A DNA stretch of 63,074 bases, counting the filler, from Octopus bimaculoides (lineage: Eukaryota), in the NCBI RefSeq assembly GCF_001194135.2. It is 7 parts of 6 records of this genome, joined end to end, with 100 filler letters (N's around TTAATTAATTAA, not from the genome) between each part and the next. Parts side by side here need not be neighbours in the genome. Positions count along the whole stretch, not along the records: positions 43,097 to 55,790 come from NC_068991.1; positions 55,891 to 63,074 come from NC_069004.1; 5 more parts are not named here. The stretch is one strand, 5' to 3'. The translations under genes and the position numbers were made by a program. Under the pieces are notes generated by a model that did not search any database, was not told the DNA's origin, and saw only the letters and a program-made list of their open reading frames with translations. Shown one piece after another: positions 54,186 through 63,074 of this stretch (within the stretch, counting starts at the first letter, position 1; every line of letters starts with the position of its first letter).

Positions 54186-54800
54186 TTAGGTTGTTCCAAA
54201 AATAATGGCTGCTCTAAGTATTGTGTTTTGAAACGCAATTTTATCATAGCATTTTAATTATATTTTAGATAAATTTCGACATACTTAATAATTGATGTAT
54301 GCTCTTTAAAATAATTTTCTTCTTATTTCAGACAGAAAACATTCTTGAAGCATAGGCGCCCTTAATTATGAGCATGACAAAAAAGACCTTCGATTACTTG
54401 CATGAGTTCAAGCTTGGACACAATGCCTCCCAAACCGCTGCCAATATGAATAGTGCATGGAGAGAGGGGTCCACAAGTGATCGCGCAGTACGAAGGCCAT
54501 ACGAGGCTTTACCACATCCTCCATATTCTCCTTATCTTTCACCCACTGATCACCATTATTTAAAGCATTTAAACACATTTTAAAGCGATAAAACTTTCAG
54601 GTCCAAACCAGAGATGGAATCAGCTTTCAAAGATTTCTTAGCATCAAATCAACGAGGCATAAATAATCTCGTTGATCGATGGCAGAGATGATTAGAAGTT
54701 CACGGCTCATACTTTGACTAATCAAAACAGTTCTACTGTTAATTTTTTCCAGAATAAAATTATGTTTATGAAATCAGCCATTATTTTCGGAACAACTTAG
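54186..54800 (+). mobile_element. 615-bp internally deleted DD34D mariner with both TIRs
   Basis: 26-bp TIRs TTAGGTTGTTCCAAAAATAATGGCTG and (reverse complement) CTAAGTTGTTCCGAAAATAATGGCTG; TA on both flanks. N-terminal HEFKLGHNASQTA fused to LPHPPYSPYLSPTD..., ends GSYFD*. Confidence 0.93.
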
Positions 54801-54930
54801 TATGTGTGTATGTATGTATGTATGTATGTATGTATGTATGTATGTATGTATGCATGCATGTTTGCATGTATGTATATATGCATGTAAATATGGATGCATG
54901 CATGTATGTACGTGTGTATGTAGTTATAAA

Positions 54931-55138
54931 AAATTAAAATGACAAGGGAATAAGAAATTATGTTATGAGTTTCATTACCTTACAGCTGTTTCAGTTATAA
55001 CTTCACGTTTGAAGCTCCGATGAAGCTATAAGGTGATACATAAAGATTCAACTACGAGTGCATTGCATCTATAGCAGAAACAGCTTTAAGCTAATGAAGT
55101 TCGTGACATAATATCTTATTCCTTTGTCATTTTAATTT
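54931..55138. mobile_element. Inverted-repeat Penelope pLTR-like element with degenerate HHR
   Basis: 62-bp arms 54931-54992 and 55077-55138 (about 80% identical). AGCT-CCGATGA-A-GCTATA..TATAGC-A-GAAAC-AGCT-TTA-AGCT at 55013-55092. Confidence 0.6.
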
Positions 55139-55755
55139 CTTAGAGCTCTGTATTCAACAGGCACTTTGTCATGAAGTATACGTATTTTGAGCTCAAGCAC
55201 CAAGTTCTTATCATCGTTATGCCTAAGCGAAGTAATAAAATATGTATGTACGTAGGCATGTATAGATATATGCATATATTCCTTGAACAGTTTTTTTTTC
55301 TTTTTATTCAGTTTACATGAAACTGTAAACATTTATATATTAATGACTTTAGTAGACAAATGCGCCGGAAAACATATCTCGCTATATTTTCAGTAAAAAT
55401 ATACTGATAGCGTTCAGCGCAGCTGTTACTGTATTTCTTATAACTAAGTACTTTGCAGTATAGTATTGCCGTTAGATGTGAGAGACCTGAACTTCTATGT
55501 AGTGTTATGGAATTTTCATATCTTATGACATTACTGTTGTAAGTATAATTAATCTGGAGTATTTCGGCGCCATCTTTCTTTTTAGTGTGACCAGTAAAGC
55601 ATGTGGTTGTGCGTTCAATCAATTCGGCCAGTTTGCTGAAACATGGCGTGCCCCATACATTATATGCATTTTAATATATTTATGCATCCGAATCTTTTTT
55701 TGTTCAGTTCATTTACAAACGGGACGCATACCTACCTACCTACCTTCATACCTAC

Positions 55756-55790
<35 letters not shown>

Positions 55791-55919
55791 NNNNNNNNNN
55801 NNNNNNNNNNNNNNNNNNNNNNNNNNNNNNNNNNTTAATTAATTAANNNNNNNNNNNNNNNNNNNNNNNNNNNNNNNNNNNNNNNNNNNNGAAAATATAG
55901 TTAGAGTTTTCATTTTCTG

Positions 55920-57900
55920 AAAGGTCCAGTCAATTAGACACCCTACCCTAGTATATGACTGGTGTTGAAATTTAACAGCGCTTCGGCAGGAATTTGGAGG
56001 TCGATATTAAATTTGATGTTAAGGTGGAGAGTTGGCCCCTTAATACACTGGACAAAATGCTTATCGGCCCTTTGGCTGTTACTACGTTCCGCCGGGGTCG
56101 ACTTTGTCTTTCATCCTTTCGGGGTCGATAAAATAAGTACCGGTCGGAAAATAAGTACTCGAGTTGATATAATTGACTACCCCTATCTCCCCAAAATTTC
56201 AGGCCTGGTGCCTCTAGCAAATGGGATTTAAAATTTGGCGGGTTAGGGTGTATAAATGTGTCGGACGAAATGTGTTGCGTTTCTGGCTCTTTGTCGTCAG
56301 TATCTATTCCGGCTGATTGCGTTCTGAGTTCAAATCCTACCTTAGCTTATTTATCCTTCAGAACTTATATCATATCGATTTGTTAACAAGACACAAGGTC
56401 ACAGATTAATAGGGAGATGATCTAGCCCTTTATATCGATTCCTGTAGTTGATTGGATCTTGGTTTTATAGAATCCACAGGGATGAAAGACAGTTTTTCTT
56501 TGGCAGGATTTGAACTCAGAAGGTAAAGAGCCGTAATACTGCAGACCTTCTACTAATTTTGAATTCTCTACCCTAACACCCTATCTAGTTCTGACCCCAA
56601 ATGATGTCCAAGTTAATGTCTCCTTTCAGCTCTTTATTTACTCTCCTTACTTTGATGAATAGGGATGGGAAGAATAGAATTCTTCGCGTTACGGAAATAC
56701 AGATATTCCTTATTACAGATATTCCGACCCCACTCACCCTTATATTTACATGTCATTTCACTTTTCGGGGCAACCCGTTGCGTAACGTGATAACTCATGT
56801 CCTCGCAAGGCGAGGGTGTGGGCTTCCGTAACGCGGGGGTATGTGTATCAGTAATATACGGGGGGTCTACTTAATCGATAATCGATCGTACGTTTCACAG
56901 TATTCGAACTCAAGAAAGGCGGGTGGACTGGCAAACTCGTCTTCGTGCCGGACAAAATGAATTACGGTTTTCTTTACGCTCCGAGTTCAAATCACGCCTT
57001 TCATTCCCTCCAGGTAGGGACGGAAGGCCGATAAAAAATTTACCAACCAACTGTTGGGCGCTGATACAATCAATTGCCTTCTCCTTCCCACGCACGCGCG
57101 AAATATATTCGTGACCCATAGTTTTACATTTGGAATCAATGCATTTTTCTCCGGCGGAGCTTTTAACATTCTAAATCAACATAAAACTAATAACATTTAA
57201 TGACAAGGAAGTAAAAAGCTATATTGTAGTAGCATCAGCTGTGGATTTTATAACAACATTCGTAACAACAACGGCAACAGCAGCAGTAGCAGGAACAATT
57301 ACAACAGCACCAGCAGCAGTTATCAGCAGTAGCTGAGTTCAGTTTGTTCAAACTAAATCATTTAGCTTTCGTTATTCGTTTGAAGAGCCTCCAGTCTCGT
57401 ATAGTTCCTACTGTAAAGCGAAGAACAATGGTGAGTACCAGACGAATTTTCTTTGAACACTGTTTCTTCTCCCAGTCTCTGGATCTCGCTTCTCAACCCC
57501 ACTCACCCTTACATTTACATGTCATTTACTTTTTTTTATTATTTCCTTTTTTTTCTTTTCCTCTGTCATTGATTTTTCTTTTCTTACGTTCGGGTTCCAA
57601 ATCGTGTAAAAGTCGAACTTTGCAGGGATCGAAAAAAAATAAAGTACCAGTCAAGTACTGGGGTCAATTTAATCGCTTTGCGCCTTTTTCTTTTTAAATC
57701 TGCAGTCCCTGTGCCAAAACTTGAAACATTATTATTATTATTATTATTATTATTTTTATTATGTGAGTTCAAATTCCGCCGGGGTCGACTTTGCCTCTCA
57801 TCCTTTCGGGGTCGATTAAATAAGTACCAGTCATGCACTGGAGTCGATGTGATTGACTTAATCCCTTTCCCCAAACCTGAGGCCTTGTACTTCCAGTAGA
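55920..57900 (+). mobile_element. Cluster of at least five SINE family B fragments
   Basis: Repeated GTCGACTTTG.CT.TCATCCTTTCGGGGTCGAT.AA.TAAGTACC and GAGTTCAAAT motifs near 56090, 56330, 56980, 57590 and 57765. Confidence 0.75.
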
Positions 57901-60592
57901 AAGGATCATTATTATTATTATCATTATTATTATTAAGAATTGGAGAAGTCACTTGCCCTTGGTGTTTAGGGAGTTCTTGTACGGTTGGGTGCCTCGATTA
58001 TCCCTAAAGGTCCTTCTGCATCAAGAGGACCATATCACTATCATCTATTTTTCTCGTCTTTTTTCCTTTTACTGTTGTATACTATGTACGCTTCCCTTCT
58101 TTCTTGTATTGTATGCTATATATATATATATATATATATATATGCGAGTAAAAATAAATACAAAAAAGGTGGGTTTTTTGTACGGTTGTGTATAGAGGAA
58201 TATATTATTTTGTTTAAAAGAGTTCCAACACTGTGTGTTTTTTATGTTTTATTTATATTCCTGCAGAACCAATGTGGGGTATAGAATATGGAATATATAA
58301 TATAATATACAATATATAATATAAAATAAAATAAAATAAAAATGGATGGCACCATGAAAGAAAGTATTGAATGTAGATGAAATATTGAGTGTTCAATATA
58401 AAGGATCAAATATATANNNNNNNNNNNNNNNNNNNNNNNNNNNNNNNNNNNNNNNNNNNNNNNNNNNNNNNNNNNNNNNNNNNNNNNNNNNNNNNNNNNN
58501 NNNNNNNNNNNNNNNNNNNNNNNNNNNNNNNNNNNNNNNNNNNNNNNNNNNNNNNNNNNNNNNNNNNNNNNNNNNNNNNNNNNNNNNNNNNNNNNNNNNN
58601 NNNNNNNNNNNNNNNNNNNNNNNNNNNNNNNNNNNNNNNNNNNNNNNNNNNNNNNNNNNNNNNNNNNNNNNNNNNNNNNNNNNNNNNNNNNNNNNNNNNN
58701 NNNNNNNNNNNNNNNNNNNNNNNNNNNNNNNNNNNNNNNNNNNNNNNNNNNNNNNNNNNNNNNNNNNNNNNNNNNNNNNNNNNNNNNNNNNNNNNNNNNN
58801 NNNNNNTATATATATATGCATAATTATGATAATAATATTAGGGATAAAAATCCAAATTTACAGGTAAAAATTCAATTTAATTTAATTTATTAAAATTAAA
58901 TTAAATTTCACAATATATAATATATAAATATATAATTTAGAGAAAAAAACCCACAATTCTTGAATTCTTCCATGAAAATCCACAGTCACATATAGAAAAA
59001 TTTAATAAGTAAATACACTAAAAAGACCTATAATAAAAATACAAAGTAATAAATATTAAAATAATAATAATAAATATTAAAATAATAATTTGAACTCACA
59101 TAATAATAATAATAATAATATTTTATTATTTTATTATTTATTAAGAAAACGTATAGTTTATAAATAATAAATAATACAGACCTAACCTCCTGGTAGAATA
59201 GGGCCACCAACAAAGGCCAATCAAGAAACTCCGCAGGTCCTGGATCTAAACTCAAGAGCAGATATTTTGGTGGGATGCCATTCGATTATATCGACCTCAC
59301 TACTCGACTGGTACTTTTATTAATCGATCTCGGAAAAATGAAAATGTAAATTCGACGTCGATCCGCAAAGTCCAAGACGGCGCGATTTGAACTTGGATGG
59401 TAAAAAGACGCTACTAAATACAACAAAGTATTTCGTTCACCCACCTCTTTCGATTGTTTGATTGGTTGATTTCGCTAACGGGATTTAATAAAGTTAACGA
59501 TTTTCAATATAGGGCCAAAGTTGTAAATTTTGAGGGTGTATATGTGTGGGGAATGTATTATGGTGGAAATGTGGCCAAGGCATGGCCAAAAGTTTAAAAA
59601 GTTCGCTTCGCAATCACAAGAGACCGGGTTCAATCGATCCTAATGCACGGCATGCTGGGTAGGTGTTTTTTTTTTTTCCATAGCCACGAGACGAACCAAA
59701 CTTCGTGGGTGAAACTGAATGAGTAGATAGATACTATACAGAAGCTCCACGGGAGGATTGTACCCGTAATTTACCCATTCAACCTTGTGACACACATTAT
59801 GTCACACTCATTCGGATTGAAGATTACGTTACGGCTACACTCTACGTCTGTGGAATATTCAGCCACTTATACAATAATTCAATTAGTAGGTGACTCAGTC
59901 GATCAAACAATTGAACATTCATCCTCAAATACGACTGAGATCTATTTTATTAAACCGCACTCGATGTCTCTCCCCCCCCCCCACACACACACCTTTTTTG
60001 GTCGCGAATCCACCCTTCTTCCCTAAAACANNNNNNNNNNNNNNNNNNNNNNNNNNNNNNNNNNNNNNNNNNNNNNNNNNNNNNNNNNNNNNNNNNNNNN
60101 NNNNNNNNNNNNNNNNNNNNNNNNNNNNNNNNNNNNNNNNNNNNNNNNNNNNNNNNNNNNNNNNNNNNNNNNNNNNNNNNNNNNNNNNNNNNNNNNNNNN
60201 NNNNNNNNNNNNNNNNNNNNNNNNNNNNNNNNNNNNNNNNNNNNNNNNNNNNNNNNNNNNNNNNNNNNNNNNNNNNNNNNNNNNNNNNNNNNNNNNNNNN
60301 NNNNNNNNNNNNNNNNNNNNNNNNNNNNNNNNNNNNNNNNNNNNNNNNNNNNNNNNNNNNNNNNNNNNNNNNNNNNNNNNNNNNNNNNNNNNNNNNNNNN
60401 NNNNNNNNNNNNNNNNNNNNNNNNNNNNNNNNNNNNNNNNNNNNNNNNNNNNNNNNNNNNNNNNNNNNNNNNNNNNNNNNNNNNNNNNNNNNNNNNNNNN
60501 NNNNNNNNNNNNNNNNNNNNNNNNNNNNNNNNNNNNNNNNNNNNNNNNNNNNNNNNNNNNNNNNNNNNNNNNNNNNNNNNNNNNNNNNNNNN

Positions 60593-61262
60593 TTTGTCCA
60601 GCGGGGATTTGGTCCTCGGAGAGATTTTGTCCTCGGAGGAATTTTGTCCTAGTACCGTTGCAGTTACTATTACCACTACTTCTTTTTCGTCTACTACTAT
60701 TGTCACACACATACGCACACACGTGCACACACAAACACACGTAGTAACAAAAGGAATCACTGCATAATTGCGTGATATGCTAGAAATAACAGCAAAATCT
60801 CCTTTCTCAAATATCATTAAGGAAGGGCAGGGAAGTGCCTGGCTAAAATACATCAGGCAATAAGCTGTTGATGTTAGTATCAAGACAAAATCACACCCTA
60901 CCGCCACCGAGGACAAAATCCAACCGGACAAATTTTAAACAAAAATATCAACTAATAAATATCTTTAATCTTTTTTATAAAATTTCACTTTCCTAAAATA
61001 TTTTTATCGTAAAAAAAAAAAACAAGACCCCGGGGGATTTTGTCTGGTGGGGGAGGGGGATTTTGTCCAGCGGGGATTTGGTCCTCGGAGAGATTTTGTC
61101 CTCGGAGGAATTTTGTCCTAGTACCGTTGCAGTTACTATTACCACTACTTCTTTTTCGTCTACTACTATTGTCACACACATACGCACACACGTGCACACA
61201 CAAACACACGTAGTAACAAAAGGAATCACTGCATAATTGCGTGATATGCTAGAAATAACAGC
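60593..61262. repeat. 201-bp identical direct duplication (60593-60793 and 61062-61262) involving a MITE-like end built of GGATTTTGTCC repeats
   Basis: Two copies offset by 469 bp with no difference seen. Inverted GGACAAAATCC motifs at about 60911-60931 face the GGATTTTGTCC repeats at 61035-61100. Confidence 0.85.
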
Positions 61263-61489
61263 CAAATCACTGTCCTTTCAGACTCAAATCTCACACCTTT
61301 CTGTCACGGTGAAATGGCAGAATTTTCAGAGTTCCCCGTAGAATGTCTTGTGTCGTGGTCTTTGTTCCAGCTCCATGGTCCTTGAGTTCTAACCTCACCG
61401 AGGTCGACTCAGCCTTTCATCCATTTGGGCCGTCGATAAATAAGATGATACCAGTCACGCACTGGATCATTTTTCTTCAACACTCTTTT

Positions 61490-61521
<32 letters not shown>

Positions 61522-61537
61522 TCACTCTCCCTCTCTC

Positions 61538-61930
61538 AGATTGACATAGAATGAGGGACAGGTTGACATTTAATGTGTATAGGTTGACATCTGGCAAGTG
61601 ACGGTTTGACAACTAGCGGCGAACAGTTTGACACCTAGCAGGTGTTAATTTCATATCTAGCGGGAAACATTGACATCTGAGGGTGGAAAAGTTTGACATG
61701 CGGTGGGGAACAGGTTAACGTTTAACGGATGACAGACTGACATCCGGCAGACGACAGTTTGACATCCGACAGGGAACAAGTTGACATCCATCATGTAACA
61801 GTTTGACATATAGCACGGGACAAGTTGACATCTAGTGGGGAACATGATGATGTCTAGGGGAGAACAGGCTGACATCAGGCAGGGAAAACAGGTCTCACAT
61901 TTAACGAGGGACGGGTCGATATCTGGTGAA
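61538..61930. repeat. Degenerate minisatellite, about 18 units of 21-24 bp with TTGACAT core
   Basis: Approximate consensus AACAGGTTGACATCTAGCGGG(G); cores recur every 21-24 bp. Confidence 0.88.
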
Positions 61931-62016
61931 CAGGTGAGACGAAAACAGCGTGGAATCCTATTATGTGTGTGTCTGTGTGTGTGTGTCTGTGTCTGTGTGT
62001 CTGTGTCTGTGTGTCT

Positions 62017-62120
<104 letters not shown>

Positions 62121-62346
62121 TTGTGTGTCTTTGTGCTTGTGTATGTCACCCACCATTTTAAAACCGGTGTTGTTTTGTTTGTGCCTCCGTAACTTAGCGG
62201 TTCGGCAAAACAGTCCAATAAGATAAGTACCAGACTTAAGAGAAAGAAAAGTACCGGCTGAGATCTATTTGTTCGAGTAAAACCCTTCAAGGTGATGCTC
62301 CATCATGGCCGCAGTCCAATGACTGAAACAAGTAAAAGATAAAAGA
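62121..62346 (+). mobile_element. SINE family A 3' half following a long (GT)n
   Basis: CCGTAACTTAGCGGTTCGGCAAAA..CATGGCCGCAGTCCAATGACTGAAACAAGTAAAAG. Confidence 0.88.
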
Positions 62347-62740
62347 AAAAATATTTTTAGTTGTTTATTTGTATTTATGTTTCTTTATTTGTTAAGGAAG
62401 CCCTCATTCAACCTCTTCGCTATACTCCTTTCTTCTTATTGGTCTTAACCAGATTTTCAGGATATCCTCAATCCACAATCAGTTCTTTTCTTCAAAGTGG
62501 TTTTCTTTCTTCTGTATCCGATTCCGTTTCCTTAAGTGCTAATCCACAACGTCAGACATGATGCTCACTCAACACTGCCCATTTGACCTTCACCATTGAC
62601 TTTCACTGTCCGTGTCAAGGTCACTGATTCCTTTAAATCTAATTGCATCTTACATCTGACTGGATCCTAGTTAGCCACACCACCACCACCACTACTCCTA
62701 CTACCATCACCATCATAATTTTTATTTTCCTTATTATCCA

Positions 62741-62880
62741 GCGAGCTAGCAGAATCGTTAGCACGCCGAGTGAAATGCTTAGCGGTATATCCTCTGCCGC
62801 TACGTTCTGAGTTCAAATTCCGCCGAGGTCGACTTTGCCTTTCATCCTTTCGGGGTCGATTAAATAAGTACCAGTTACGC
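62741..62880 (+). mobile_element. SINE family B, well-preserved 5' half
   Basis: GCAGAATCGTTAGCACGCCG..TTCTGAGTTCAAATTCCGCCGAGGTCGACTTTGCCTTTCATCCTTTCGGGGTCGAT. Confidence 0.9.
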
Positions 62881-62949
62881 AGAACCCTGCTGTACTCTTT
62901 CACCACAACTTTCTTTCACTCTTTCTTCCTATTTCTGTTGTATCTGTAT

Positions 62950-63074
62950 TTCAAAGGGTCAGCCTTGTTACACTCTGTGTCACGCTGAATCTCCCCTGAG
63001 AACTACGTTAAGGGTACACGTGTCTGTGGAGTGCTCAGTCACTTGCACGTTAATTTCACGAGCAGGCTGTTTCG
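62950..63074 (+). mobile_element. Further interspersed repeat family (second, diverged copy at about 59770-59880)
   Basis: Shared CCTTGT.ACAC..T.TGTCAC.CT..TACGTTA.GG.TACAC..GTCTGTGGA.T..TCAG.CACTT between the two loci. Confidence 0.7.

Overview
AT-rich, microsatellite-saturated eukaryotic scaffold with about 24 N-gaps (roughly 9-10 kb in total). From the SINE families and repeat landscape it is most likely an octopus short-read assembly (inference). No complete host gene is recognisable; only a few isolated candidate exons were found. The readable sequence is a transposon graveyard: two tRNA-derived SINE families, a 5'-truncated RTE LINE, a Penelope-like element (RT + GIY-YIG), two restriction-like-endonuclease (RLE) non-LTR fragments, a LINE ORF1 fragment, a zinc-finger LINE C-terminus, and five Tc1/mariner derivatives. 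The most notable signal is a recurrent architecture not visible in the ORF track: at least four sequence-unrelated minimal type-I hammerhead ribozyme (HHR) motifs (13629-13692, 18664-18733, 19310-19371, 55013-55092), each embedded in a fold-back or inverted-repeat element. One of them sits in a 217-bp unit with terminal redundancy, resembling a retrozyme or circular-RNA-templated insertion. A tRNA-headed SINE also runs into half of an HHR core. Other observations are a canonical-looking pre-miRNA hairpin (10804-10858, minus strand), a CpG-depleted 8-kb block bounded by assembly spacers, and two phased motif arrays. All folds and counts were done by eye and need computational confirmation.
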